Origin: Leucoraja ocellata
Lineage: Eukaryota
NCBI GenBank assembly: GCA_036785375.1
Contig: JAWMAR010000034.1
Coordinates: 4,650,001 to 4,714,000 of the forward strand
Direction of reading: 5' to 3'
Length of the DNA stretch: 64,000 nucleotides
The notes under the pieces are model-generated. The model saw only the letters and a program-made list of their open reading frames with translations, was not told where the DNA came from and did no database searches. Shown one piece after another: positions 1 to 16,599 of the stretch (its first letter is position 1; each line of letters begins with the position of its first letter). The translations under genes and the position numbers were made by a program.

Positions 1-270
1 TATTTACTATAAATAGCAGCATTACAACTGATTTAAAAATGGTCCCTAAAATGCAGCTGTGCTTTTAAACGTGAGAGGCAAGTTTTCAGTAACCAAATGT
101 AATATAATTTATTTACAGAAAATATCAGTGGACCTTTAGTTTATTTGTTTTTTGATAACTTAAGATGTCTATTATCAACTACAACCATTTTTTCACTGAC
201 TTTCTTGCAAATGCAAATTATACAGATCTTTTGATTTTTGGCTAAACTGATCTGGAAATTGTGTTCTTAG

Positions 271-1985
271 GTATTTGAGGGTGAGAGAGCCATGACAAAA
301 GATAACAACTTGCTGGGCAAGTTTGAGCTGACTGGGATTCCACCTGCTCCAAGGGGTGTGCCTCAAATTGAGGTGACTTTTGATATTGATGCCAATGGTA
401 TCCTGAATGTGTCTGCAGTGGACAAGAGCACTGGAAAGGAAAACAAGATCACCATCACAAATGACAAAGGTAAATTGCAATCACTTGGTTTTCAATGCTT
501 TATTCAAAACTTTCTCTGGCATTAATAGCTCATAAATTTGTTCTGAAGTCTTTAGACTTGTTATGGCGTAGATTTTCAACTTTTGATTAAACCTCAGCAC
601 TATGGGAAGAGTAGAGATGCATTAAAAATCACTTAATATTTCTTGCTTCTGGGCATTATAAAAATGTTCTGATTAAATTAACAGGTCGTTTGAGCAAAGA
701 AGATATAGAACGTATGGTCCAGGAGGCTGAGAAGTACAAATCAGAGGATGAACAACAACGTGACAAAGTTTCATCAAAGAACTCTCTCGAGTCTTATGCT
801 TTCAACATGAAAGCTACTATTGAAGATGAAAAGCTAAAGGGTAAAATAAGTGATGATGACAAACAGAAGGTTTTGGACAAATGTAATGAAGTTATAAGTT
901 GGTTGGATAAGAACCAGGTAAGTTTGTGGGGTGACTTTAGATAATTAATTGCATATTTTATCAAGCAAGTAATGGGTCAGTTTTACCAACTGCATTTAAA
1001 CATTGCTTGCAGGAGTTTACTCGGTAGATAACATTGTATTTACCTCTTAAGTGCCAAGACCAATTTGTGGTGCCTATATTAGCTTGTGAGCTTAATTCTA
1101 GAACTTCTGTTCCTAGTTAGTGGAAATGGTGCAGGTTGAAATGCTAAATGAAGAATAAGGAATTTAAGGGTTAGTTGTATCCAGCTACAATTGTTCTAAC
1201 AATGGGTTTAAGTGGCATTTCTATTATACAGGAGAGTTTGAGAACAGATTTCAAGAAGGATGATGTCCTTTTGATCAATGTAGAATCACGGAAATGTCAG
1301 TTTGAAAGCAAGGATGGAATAAAAATGATTAGCAAACTTTTGTTTTTCTGGGGGGAAATAGAAGGAAGTGCAAAAATAGACAATAGGTGCAGGAGTAGAC
1401 CATTCAGCCCTTCGAGCCAGCACCGCCTTTCAATGTGATCATGGTTGATCATCCCCAATCAGTACCCCGTTCCTGCCTTCTCCCCATAGCCCGTGACTGC
1501 TATCTCTAAGAGCCCTATCTAGCTCTCTCTTGAAAGTATCCAGAGAACCTTGCCTCTAAGGCAGATAATTCCACAGACTCACAACTCTCTGTGTGAAAAA
1601 GTGTTTCCTCATCTCCGTTCTAAATGGCTTACCCCTTATTCTTAATCTGTGGCCCCTGGTTCTAGACTCCCCCCTGTGGAATTGTGGAATGGCGCTAAAT
1701 AACTGATATTTCAAGTGATCTTGATTTTGGCACAAGAGTCTTGACTGATCTGTTCCAAAATATAAGTATATTGTCAACCAGCTAATTAGTCAATTATCTT
1801 TTCAGACTGCAGAAAAAGATGAATATGAACATCAATTAAAAGAAATTGAGAAAGTCTGCAATCCAATTATGGCCAAGTTGTATCAAGGTGCTGGTGGCAT
1901 GCCTGGTGGTATGCCAGAAGGCTTTCCTGGAGCTGGTGCTGCTCCTGGAGGAACATCTGGACCAACTATTGAAGAAGTTGACTAA
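271..1985 (+). CDS. hspa8: Heat shock cognate 70 (HSC70/HSPA8-like) paralog A, 3' part only (last three coding exons)
   Basis: GT-AG exons 271-469 (199 bp, [43 protein letters not shown]...), 685-917 (233 bp) and 1806-1985 (TAEKDEYEH...[13 protein letters not shown]...GPTIEEVD*). Exon sizes match vertebrate HSPA8 exons 7 and 8. Cytosolic EEVD end. 5' exons lie before the window; which paralog is the true HSPA8 ortholog is unresolved. Confidence 0.95.
1376..1675 (-). mobile_element. CR1/HER1-type LINE 3' fragment in the last intron of paralog A
   Basis: Minus strand encodes ...[36 protein letters not shown] (CR1 ORF2 C-terminus) followed by the 3' UTR shared with other copies in the window. 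Confidence 0.85.
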
Positions 1986-2091
1986 AACATATGCATCACT
2001 AATCTGGCTGTTACTGTGTACTGTAATAATGCAAACCCCCCATTATTGGTGTTAAATGTGTTAAGTTTATAGAGACGTAAACATCTGGCTA

Positions 2092-2097
2092 AATAAA
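2092..2097 (+). terminator. Polyadenylation signal of hsc70 paralog A
   Basis: AATAAA about 105 nt after the stop codon, followed by a GT/T-rich tract. Confidence 0.6.
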
Positions 2098-4754
2098 TTC
2101 TAGTTCAGAATGTTACATTGTTTTCTTGGTAGATTGCAAATACTATTTTAAATCTATCCACTTGGTAATGAAGTCTAATATGTTGTACAGTTCTGAATGA
2201 AGCTTGAGTATTGTCTTCTGATTAGACACATTGCAGCTTCCGAGTCTCAACTTTTCTAGTTCTAATTCTCTAATTTGAGCATTCATGTTTACTATTTGTG
2301 CTATTTTCATGTTACTAGTCATTTTGCACAATAATCCATTTTTCTGTTATTTGATTAGTTGCATTAAAGGTTGAATTTAAAAGTGGCAAACTAGAAAATT
2401 TAGATCTCTGGATATTTGAAATCATTTTCAAGATTTTAAAATCTTCTTGTGCTTTTTCATTAACCTCGTCCCTTAAGTTTAATGAGGGTGGTTAAAATTT
2501 GGATTGAGTAACTACTTTTGAGTTTAAAACTTCTTTAGTAGTATTTTCAGCAATGGGTTAGCCCTACACAGCCTCTTATCATCCTCTCTTTTGCAAGTTG
2601 TGCCCCTCTACCAAAAAGGACAGCTTTGATCCTTAGTTGGTTTAAAGGATTACACCATGATCCTTTTCCAATTAAAATAAAAATGCTATGGCACAAATTG
2701 ATTCCATATGAATATGCCAAATTACTGTTTAACCGTACAATTACATGACTGATCTATTTAAGGTTGAAATGTTAAAGTCAAATATTAAAAAACATATTTA
2801 CTATTCTCTTGCAGAATTCAGTATTTTCCCAAAATGATTCATTTAGTTGGCACTATTGTGTGGCCCGACAGGCCAGGTGCCTGTTTTACCAGTGATTTAT
2901 TTTTCAAATGTTCCATGTTTCAATCAGTTTGCAGAAATAATTTTTCAATTTGTGCCTTTGCTGCTCTTTATCTCACCAACCCAAGTGTTACGTTCCCATT
3001 GTCCCATTGAAGTAAGGCAAATGTTCGTAATAAATAATCTGAACATGTCTCAGCGTTAGGTGAAAACATCTTAACCGGATTCACAAACAATTATTGGCTG
3101 TTTAAAGCTGCAAAAATATACCCCCCTTCTATAGTAATATTCTGAACAAAAGATAAATCAAATCTTTGGTTCGTTATGTGCTGTCTAATTTGTGCTACCT
3201 CGTTTAGTGACCAATGTGAGTATGCTAAGACTACGCTTACATAATTGGCAACTAAATGCACTCTTTCATCCACACATTTAAGTGTTTTTGCCACTTTACT
3301 AAGTTTTAATTATATTTCTCAAGAAAACCTTCAATGCTTCCCTGATTCATGTTAGCACGTTTTTTTATACGTCTCCAAAAATGGAATCAAGAAAAATATT
3401 TAGAGGTGCAAATATTAAATCATGATGCAATCTGCTCTCTCAATAATTGTCTCTGTCTTTGACAAGGTTACTAGTATCCACCACTCTGAGCTATTAGAGA
3501 AATAAATAAAATTACAGTCTCTGGGACTTATTGTGTGTTCTGCAGCGAAGATACTTCCTATATCATTTCAGCGAATCAAACAATTGCTACAGGAGTCACA
3601 TATTGGACAGACTGGTTAACAACTATCATTTCCTTCCCTAAATTAATAATGACCTAAAGTATTTTGAACCTGCAGGAGTCACATTTCAGTTAAGCAGATT
3701 GAGTATAGCATATCTCCTTCAAAAATGTTATGTTCAAGACGATGGGGCTTGGAACAATCCATTAATTTCATGACCACCATTACATACGTTACAAATTAAC
3801 TGAATTTAATTTTTCCAGCTATAAAATTAGAGATCTATGTTGTAAATGGATAACGGAAAGGATTATTTTGTTAAATTAAGACGATTGTACATGAAGCTAA
3901 GCAGCAATTTGGCCCACTTAATCTTACCGTCACCTGTTTTTACTGTTCCTTGAGAATTGTAAACTAAACTACAAGTCATGCTTCTGCCACAAGCAGCAGA
4001 AAAAACAAACAGTGCTATCAAATAGAAAGGTGTGTATGCAATAAGATACAGAAAATGAGTTCCGAAGAAGGGTTCTGACCCAAAACATCACCTGTTCTCC
4101 AGAGGTGCTGCCTGGCCAGAGTTGCTCCAGCACTGTGTGTTTATTATATTTAGTGTCTATTGCACTAAATATTGTACCCTTTATCTGTCCACTGGATGGC
4201 TTGATTGTAATCCTGTGTGGTCTTTTATTTGACTACCTCGGTACACGTAACAATCATTAACTAAACTATGAATCACTTTAATAAAAAGTTATTTCATTAG
4301 TAACACATGGATGGGAAAATATGATGCCCATAACTACAGGAAGAACATCCACATTTAGGCCAGGAAAGTGTTTTTCACTACTAATCCTGCCTTTGCCATT
4401 CACTAACAAACCAAAAGGAGGATTGATGAGTTTGATACACATAGAGAACAATAACTGATTGTCCCATAAGACCATTTAACTCCATGGACAAAATCTGGCA
4501 GGTATGTGGATTAAAAAAAAGTACAGATTAGCAAATGGGTTGTCTAAACCAATTTTAGGAATTATCCATATTTCAACTTTAATCATCTCTTTCGACTGGG
4601 TTTACTTTTCGGATGTTCTTCTTTCAAGATTTTACAATGCAGCAGAGATGGATAGTAACGTATTTAAGCAGGACATTAGCAGCAGATAACACCTGTGTAC
4701 GATGGACTAGTTTATGTTTTCACTTTTTGGATTATTTGAATGATCAATATTCAG

Positions 4755-5632
4755 GTTAGGCAGAGGTTCACTTGCACCTCCTCCAACCTCATCTGCTCTA
4801 TCTGTTCAAGATGTGGACTCGTATATCGGCGAGACCAAACGCAGACTGGGCGATCGTTCTGCGTGAAGCAACCTGATCTCCCAGTTGCTGGACACTAATT
4901 CTCCATCCAATTCCTACACAGACCTTTCTGGCCTCGGTCTCCTCCATTGTCAGAGTGAGGCTAAATGCAAATTGGAGGAACGGCATCTAATTTCGCCTGG
5001 GCAGCTTCCAGCCCAGTGGTATGAATTTTGATTTATCTTACTTCAGGTAGCCCCGGCATTCCCTCTCAATCCTTCCCCAACCCATGTCACACCAGCTTCT
5101 CATTTTCAACCTTCCAAACAGCTTACAATGGCCTGTTCCTTTATCATCATTACTTTTTTGCAAATCTTTCATTCATTGTACTCTTCATCTCTTCACATCA
5201 CCGTCTATGTAATGTCTTCCTTAAGACCTTGTGACTAGCACAATGAATACACGTCCGACATCTTGTAAGAAATGTTTAATCTGCAATGACAGAAACTTCC
5301 AGAAGGTCACTTGACCTCAGTCACGAGGCACAGGTACATTTACCAGCTTCTGCTTTTGACCTCAATGGGCACTGGCATTTACATTGCATGTACATCACAA
5401 ATTCTATTCTGATACATTCAATGATAGTACATTACAAATACATCACATCCCTCCCTTCACTTTAATCACATCACATCTCCCCCTTCACTTTAATTACATC
5501 ACAGTCTATATCTCTCTTTTCCCTTATCCATAACTAGTCTGAACAAGGGTCTCGACCCAAATCAGCACCCATTCCTTCTCTCCAGAGATGCTGTCTGTCC
5601 CACTGAGTTACTCCAGCATTTTGTGTCTCTTC
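4755..5632 (+). mobile_element. Penelope-like element remnant (GIY-YIG endonuclease fragment plus terminal repeat)
   Basis: 4822-4857 translates to YIGETKRRLGDR (GIY-YIG motif). Ends in the CTGAACAAGGGTCTCGACCC...GAGTTACTCCAGCATTTTGTGTCT terminus. Interrupted by the insertion at 5208-5503. Confidence 0.8.
5208..5503 (-). mobile_element. Solo-LTR-like insertion nested in the Penelope remnant
   Basis: TGT...ACA termini (TGTAATGT / ACATCACA) and a 5-bp target-site duplication GTCTA at 5203-5207 and 5504-5508. Purine tracts precede TGTGATGT units on the minus strand. Confidence 0.7.
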
Positions 5633-5737
5633 AGAATATATCATAACATGCCTTGGTTTTCCACAGCAAATACTTAGTGAAAATAGAAGATCTAATGTAA
5701 TAAAATTATCTGGTTATGTTTGGGGAAGAAAAAGTTA

Positions 5738-6110
5738 AGGGCCTGTCCCACGAGCATGCGACTCCATGCGGCAAGCGCGACCTAAAGGGCCGGTCCCACC
5801 AGCATGCGGCAAGCGCGACCTAACGTGGTCGCTTGAGCCGTACGGCCTATCGGGGACGGTCCCACTTCGATCACTGGAGTCGTATGGAGTTGTGCGGAGC
5901 TGGTCCCGACATCGCGCGGGGTTCCGAAAAACTGACCGTGTTCAAAAATTCTGCGCGGCAACAGCCTACCGGCCCGCAGCCACCTCAATACCGTACGTCA
6001 CGCGCGAACTTCGCTCGAACTTCATGTCACTCACTCAACCTCCTCGCGGCCCCCGCTTCTGGTTTGGTCGCGCTTGCCGCATGCAGGCGCATGCTGGTGG
6101 GACCGGCCCT
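5738..6110. mobile_element. Non-autonomous DNA transposon (MITE), probably PIF/Harbinger
   Basis: TIRs AGGGCC(T/G)GTCCCAC...GTGGGACCGGCCCT, with TTA on both flanks (5735-5737, 6111-6113). GC/CpG-rich in an AT-rich background. Confidence 0.8.
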
Positions 6111-7439
6111 TTAAGAAAATTGATAAACATTTTCAAAATCAAAAATGGTTTTGATTGAGTAAAGATGTAAAGTACCCCTTGTGTTCCTCCTCTTCCCATC
6201 CCCTAATCCTTTATACTAATTACAGTGATACGATGTGGGACTTCATTGATAACTCTTTTGAAGAATTAACACAAGCAAAATGGACCAAATGGTCTCTCAA
6301 CCATTCTAAAACTTTGTAGTGATCAGCTGCAATGCCAAGTCTCATACTATTATAACAAATGTATATATGTAATTGAAAACCATAGAGGTGCAGGTGCTGG
6401 AGAAATTTGTTTTGAACAATGGTATAGGGCCAGGCCAGGGTTGGCATGATAATACACTTATTACAAAGTGTCTGATTGATAAATGACAATGAATAGAGGA
6501 ACAATAAACAAAGACTGAAAAACAGATGAGAGCTGTCGCAGGGAAATGAAACTGAAAGGACAATGTTAGAAATGCCCAGTAGATCAAGCAGTGTCAGTGG
6601 AAAACAAAACTGATTCAAAATTACAGGTTGATGCTAACCGTGGAAGTGCCCAGTTCTGATAGAGAGAAAGCTAGTTACAAGGTGTTGGATTTAATATTGA
6701 GTCCTGAAGGCTGTGATGTAGTCAAAAATATGTCCTCAAGTTTACTTTGGGATTGGCAACCAGAAGTTCAGGGTCACCCATGCAGACCAGAAGAAAGTGC
6801 TCTGCAAAGCAGTCACATAATCTTTATTTAGTTTCTCCAGTGCAGAAGACCACACTGCATGCACCAAACGCAGTCCTCGAGATTGTAAAAAAATGCAGGT
6901 CAATTTCCACTTCAATTGTAACGATAATTTTGGTCCTTGGTTGGTTCAAAAGAATGGGGTAAAGGTGTCAGTGTAGCTCCTGCAGTTACATGGGAAGGTG
7001 ACATAAAAAGGGAAGTGGTTGGTGGATATGAAAAGCAGAAAATAAATGCAGGATTAGGCAATTCGGCCCTTCGAGGCAGCACCACCATTCAATATGTTCA
7101 TGGTTGATCATCCAAAATCAGTACCCTGTTCCTGCTTTATCCCCATAACCTTTGATTCTGTTAGCCCTCAGAGCTAATTCTAACTATCTTGAAACAGCCC
7201 ATAGCCTTTTATCCCAAGTGGATGTACAATTACTTGTGCCATTAATGTAAAGATATAAAAGTGCAGAATATAGTATTCCAACATTATTGTGTTAGTTGCT
7301 GAGAAAAGGTCCAAGATCCACGATGGGAAGGTTGCTACACTTTATCCTAGGGCTAACAGGAAAGGGGACAGAAAAGGAAACAAAAGAGGTGTAAATGGTC
7401 CTTGATTATGTTAGCTACTTTCCTGCGTATGAAACGTGC

Positions 7440-8140
7440 ACTTTTAAAAGTGGCAGCATGTGTAAGATAGAGTGGTAAAGAAGGCATATGGCATGCTTGC
7501 ATTCATCTGTCTGGGCATTGAGTATAAGAGATAGGAAGTATTTTTGAACTCGGACTTAAGTTAGGCCACATTTGGAATAGTGTACAGTTCTGGTCACCCC
7601 ATTGCAGGAAGGATGTGGAGGTTTTGGAGACAGTGTAGTTGAGGTTTACCAGAATGCTACTTAAATTGGAAAGTATTAACTATAAGGAGAGGTTGGAGAA
7701 ACTGGAGTGGAATGCCAGATGTTAAGAGAAGACCTGACAAAAGTATATAAGACAATAAGGCATACATTGGGTAGACAATCAGATCCTTTTTCCATGGGGT
7801 TGAAATGTCAAAGACTCAAGGGCATGGCTTTAAAGTGAGAGGGGGGACGTTTAATGATGAGACAGGCAAGTATTTTTTTAGAATGGTGGATGACTGGAAC
7901 ATGCTGCCAGGGGTGGTGGATGAAGCAGATAGCATGGTAGCGTTTAAGAGGCTTTTACTTAAGCTCAGATATGCAAGGAATGGAGGTATTTTGTATCATG
8001 TGCAGGCAGATTGTATTTCTTTATCTCGGTTTGTGCTGCAAGGGCATTATGGGTCAAAGGCCATGTTCCTGTGCTGCATTAATGATTATTTTGTTACCGA
8101 ACTGGCTCGAAGGGCCGAATGGCCTACTCCTGCACGTATT
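7440..8140 (+). mobile_element. CR1-type LINE 3' remnant
   Basis: Decayed ORF2 C-terminus (SKTQGHGFKVRGG..., WNMLP) and GAAGGGCCGAATGGCCTACTCCTGC tail. Confidence 0.75.
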
Positions 8141-8878
8141 TTTCTGTTTCTACGCACACTTCCTGGATTCTACATCAGTGCCAGCCGTGGCTCTGCTAAT
8201 AATGAATATAGCAAGTAGTATTGAAATTCCTCTCCAGACATAAGCATAAAATATAGGCTTTTATAATATATAATGCTTCAGGACAGATGTAGATAATAAA
8301 TCGCGGAAGATCTGTCCGTCCTGCCTTGTGATAAATACAACAATGGTGGTATTCCACTATTTTGAGCCAGAGTCCTGGCTCGCTATTAACATACAATAGA
8401 CCACGTTTCGCAGTTCATGAAGCCGTTAGGATGAGTAGGAAGGAACTGCAGGTGCTGGTTTACACCGAAGATACACAAATGGCTGGAGTACTCCCTGAGA
8501 TATTCCAGCTTTTTGTGTCTATCTTCGGCTGTTAAGATGTCGTGTAACTAAGCGCTTACACACAAGTGATGTAACATCGTGTGAACAGCCGGTGTAAACC
8601 ACGGGAGGGCCGCGGGTATCTCCGAACCCCGGCCCTTGGATAATCACACCGATCCGCACGCCTTCGTGCTCCTGTGTTGGGCGCCATCTCAGCTTCAGAT
8701 CTGAGGAAGGGTCTCGAACCCGAGTTGCTGGCTGACCCGCGGAGTTACCGCAGCTTTTTGTGTCAATCTCCGGATATAACCCGGCATTTGCAGTTTGTTC
8801 CAACACACAGCTTCCATCTTTCCGCCCAGGTAGTCTCGTCCCATCCGGCCCGGTCCCAAGGGCGGCTCCACGGCACAG

Positions 8879-9030
8879 CCAATCAGACGCCGGCCTGCCT
8901 TCCCGCCGCGCCCGGTGACGTCACCCATCGGGAGCTCATTGGCCGGGCCCCAGCGATGACGCGCGCGGCTTTCTAGAACCTTCGAGTGAGCCTTAAAAGC
9001 GCGCGGCGGGAGCGGCGCGGTCTCATTGCG
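8879..9030 (+). promoter_or_regulatory. hsc70 paralog B promoter in a CpG island: CCAAT boxes, CRE, heat-shock element, TATA-like box, initiator
   Basis: CCAAT 8879-8883; TGACGTCA 8916-8923; ATTGG 8938-8942; three-unit HSE tTTCtaGAAccTTCg 8970-8984; TTAAAA 8993-8998; initiator-like TCTCATT about 28 bp downstream at 9021-9027. Confidence 0.8.
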
Positions 9031-9114
9031 GCGTCGGACACGGCCAACAGCTCTCTTCCGCAGCCCGGTCTTCACCATCACCACCACCGCCCGCCAGCAA
9101 GCAAGCAACTACAG
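9022..9114 (+). other. Non-coding exon 1 of hsc70 paralog B
   Basis: Follows the TATA/initiator and ends at the donor CAG|GTACGG. Vertebrate HSPA8 has a non-coding first exon. The start coordinate is approximate. Confidence 0.7.
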
Positions 9115-9229
9115 GTACGGCCTCACTCTTGCACCTTCACTCACCCTCGCCGTCACTTGTATTAATGTTCTCTTTCATCGCCTTCGTTCCTGCTAGTTCA
9201 GGCCGGGGCCTCCGCATCCGGCCGCCATT

Positions 9230-9630
9230 TCGCTCGGTCCGTCTTGGCTGACGCGCCTTGATCTCCCCGGTTTTTCCCCTCGCACACTGACCTTTCTGTC
9301 CTCGGCCGCCTAGTATTTGTCAGCGTACAACCCATCGGTATGAATATTGATTCCTCTAACTTAAAGTAGCATTCCACCCACCCTAGTTCTCCGACTAACT
9401 TCACTGTCCTGATTAATTTTACTGATCGCGTGCCTCTGTCACCTTGCCCTCAGCCAACAATGAACCATTCGACGTTTTCCTTGCACACCGTTCCTTTGTA
9501 TGTCTCGTTTTCACACCTTACCCATCCACAACTCTACCCTGTATGAGGAAGGGTCTCGACCCGAAGCGTCGCCCATTTCATTTTAATCCATCTATGCTGC
9601 TGACCCGCTGAGTTACTCCTGCATTGTGTG
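9230..9630 (+). mobile_element. Penelope-like remnant in intron 1 of paralog B
   Basis: Similar to 4755-5632 (CTGACCTTTCTG..., GGTATGAATATTGAT..., terminus GAAGGGTCTCGACCCGAAGCGTC...GAGTTACTCC). Confidence 0.65.
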
Positions 9631-10881
9631 CGTCTTTATCAGCGTTATTTAGACCGTTCCTCCCACGACCCGTGGTTGATGTGACGGACCACTGCGATCG
9701 TTTTCGCTTCCTCCTCCCCCCCCCCCCCCCCCGGCTGGGGCTGCAGAGACCATGTGGGCGGGCGTCCTCTGCCGCTTTGTTCCGCCTACTCTTCTGGAAG
9801 AGTCTGCGAGCGGGCGGCCGCTCCCTTCCGCCCCCCTCCGGGATGAGACGGAGCGGCCGCGGGCGGCCTCCCGCGACACGTGGTGGCCTCCCTATGGGGG
9901 GGGTCGCCGATTAGCCACATGGTCAGATTGTGAGACATCCTTACGGCTCTACATTTTTCAAGTATTTTCACCATTCGTGCATACCTCAGCTACTTTGGCA
10001 GGATTCCAGATATCTACCACTTTGGGGAAAATCCTCTCGCCCGTTCTGAACCTCCTTCGCGCCTTAGACAGTGCCCTCCGGGTTTACTCTTATCCGCCTT
10101 TTCTCCTTATTCACGATAAGATGAAAAGGTAAAATTCCAAGATAATGCTCCAGATTTATATTCCATGCAAAAAAAAGACCTGTGGACTTCCCTTATGATT
10201 GCCCCAGCCCCTGATTACATTATAATTCCTACTCCACAATAGAGGAGAGGGGGGAACCTCCATCTAGCTTTTGTTTAGCCACTGTTGACCATTCAACCAA
10301 TTTACTAGCTTGCAATCATAGGAATCTACATTCTTATCCAAACTTAATAATGGCAAGTGAACCCAGTGCTCTTTCCTGTAAGGCACCATGTATTACAAGT
10401 CTAGTCTGAAGAACAACCTACCACCATCATTCTGTCTCCAACCTTCAGGCCCATTGTGTGTCAATTTGACTAGCCTTGTTTCCGTGTGATCTAACCTTCC
10501 AGGCCTGTGGTATATCATGGGCCATATAGACAGACTGATAATTAAGAATGAGAATTCAAGAGTTAAGAATTTGGAATGAGAAGTCATGTAGATTGTGGAA
10601 ATAATCTGTATGGAGCATGAGCCTCAACTTAATTCCCCAGTAGCAATCCTATCAGTCCCTTTCCATCATCCTTTTGCACAGTGGTTGCAATTCATTCTTT
10701 GAAAAGAATGTGGAGTGGCAGGTGTTGCTGGTTTTTGAAGTGATTGTGTAATCTGTTGAACAACAGCTCATTGTGATGAGTCATTGTTTCTGACCTTATG
10801 AAGGAATTGGGTGGCGGTTTCCTTCTGGGTAGAACTGAATAAATTATTTTTGACTTTATTGACTTTTATTTTTCAGACAAA

Positions 10882-14299
<3,418 letters not shown>

Positions 14300-14432
14300 A
14301 ATGCACAGCATGTCTACTGGTCATGAGTGTCTTGACTCTGGTTAAGTGCTCTTACTATATTAAAAAGAACCAGCTTTGATTTTAAGTGCCAAGATTTGAA
14401 CAATGCACTTGTACATGAATGTGTTTGGTATG

Positions 14433-14438
14433 AATAAA
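14433..14438 (+). terminator. Polyadenylation signal of hsc70 paralog B
   Basis: AATAAA about 135 nt after the stop, with TTGTGTCTT downstream. Confidence 0.65.
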
Positions 14439-16599
14439 GGCTACGATCAGAGTATTAAACTTGTGTCTTCAATTATGTACATTAAATGGGTAGGTAGTAA
14501 GAGTTCTTGATTGTTGCTTAATGCCACTGATTTCTATCACATTAGTTGTGCTCACTGGGGCTCAATTGTCCCCTTAATCTTTACTACAAAGGTTGGTGTG
14601 AATCTCCCCCTTCTCAGTGCAGGTATTGCAGGAGCAAACTAGATACTTAGCACATTAGGTCCCTCCTGGGACCCAAGCTGCATCAAATATACGATGAGTG
14701 GCAATTCTTCTAAATGATTGCAACTTGATTGTTTATGCAAGCTCAATTGAGTGATACAATGGTTAATCTGGTGGCTTGTCACAGAAATAAGTGGCTTGCA
14801 TTTTGGCATTGCACAATACATTTTTTGTTTTTAAACTGGTGCTTCAGAGAGAAATATTTAGTGACTGAAGAAAATCCTTGCCCAAGATCCAAGTTGGTAG
14901 TGGGTGAAGGATAATCTTCCAGTTGTCGAACATCTTGCCCCACCTAAATTTGATAGTTTGTTGTAAGTACCTACTTCTGCATTGAAAACAATTTATGACA
15001 TTTCATCTGGTCTTTCCAGGATTTATTTACTCAGTGGCAATTTGTTTGGATTTCTATTTCCTGAAATAACTGGGAATTTAGCAATACACATTACCTTATT
15101 GACATAACAAATAAATAGGACAAGCAACTTGCCCCATTAAGATCATGACTGATGATGCTTGGCTTTATTTTATTGTACATCCAGTCTAATAAATATAATG
15201 GCCTGAAGGTGGAAATAAGCAAGATTTTCTGCCCTTGGAAGACATTTTGTGTAAATATCCATTTATTTCCCAATCCCCCTTCTCCTTTATATCCCCTGAT
15301 GTGTGTCTCTTCAAAAACTGAATTGACGGACATTTACCTGTCATAAATGTCCCAATGCTGAAATGTTGCATTGAACACGCCTTGCTATATATGCTGGCTG
15401 TTCCACAACTCTACTGCATTGCATTGGGGCTCCATTTCTCATGTTCCATGGTACAGGTGTTTCAGGTGAGATGGGGGTGAGGATGTTATGGCAGTGGCCA
15501 GATATGATGTTACGGATGGTTAATCTCGTGAGGCTATATGTGGGGCTAAAGAATAAGCGGGATGATCACCTTGCTGGGGTTGTACTGCAAGCCCCCAAGT
15601 AGTCAATGTGAATTAGAACAAATATGCCAGGAGATAATATAGCTGCAGATCATAAAGTTGTCATGGTAGGAGATTTTAACTTCCTAATGTTGACTGGAAA
15701 TAATGTGAAAGGTTTAGATGGGGTGAAATTGGTCAAAAATGTTCGGACAAGTTTTTTTGTTAACTACTGTTTGCAAGTTTGAGGCTGTATCAAGTTAAGG
15801 CGCTATCAATAAGAGTTTTGTGATGTTTTAATAAAAGGTATTTAAACGTGCGTTACTGGAACACAAAGTCTGCAGCATGGAAATAGGCCCAGTTTGTCCA
15901 AGTCGACAAAGCTGGCATTCTGGTCTAGTACCATTTGCCTGAATTTGGCCACCAGCCCTCTAAACCCTTGCTACCCATGTATCTGCCCAAATATCTTTCA
16001 CATGCTATAATTGTATCCATTTCTGTGGGTTCTTCGGACGTCTTATTCCAGACACAGGCTACGCTTTGAGTAAAAATATTGCACATGAGGTCCATAAATA
16101 ACTCCCCTGTCACCATAAGCCAAGACTGAGCTTTATCCTTGCCCCAACTTGCCCAGAAAATCATTGCATTGGTACTTTGAGAGTATTGTTCATTTGTGCA
16201 TGAATTTATTTGTTGCATAGCTTGCTTTATTCGCCAGCAGAAAAAAAGGGGATAGAAGCTCAAAGATACAACTTTTTTCGCTCTGTTAAGGCAAGAAAGT
16301 AGTTTACTAAATGTGTATTTAGCAAAATTAACAACATGCACTCATTGAAGCAATCAAGGCTTTAAAAACATTGTCACTCACGTTCAGTCCTTCACACAGA
16401 CCGTATAAGGAGTGTTACGTTAAGGTTACTTTATCTTAAGCATGATGAGTCAGCCTGTCAGTACTTTGAAATGGTATATTAGTCCATTGGATAATAAATG
16501 TTGCTAAATATGACTCAAATTTAACCTTGACCTTGGTATCGAGAAAATCTGATTGAAATCAGAAACTTCTCCTTTGCAGTTTGAAAAGGAGTGTCACAG

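Noticed and set aside
5766-6158. 130-aa ORF in the MITE, and similar ORFs at 27525-28058 and 53435-53905
   Set aside because: They arise from GC-rich repeats and show no transposase or RT motifs.
8519-10132. Several GC-rich ORFs around the hsc70 B promoter and intron 1
   Set aside because: Stop-poor CpG-island and repeat sequence with no recognisable protein motifs.
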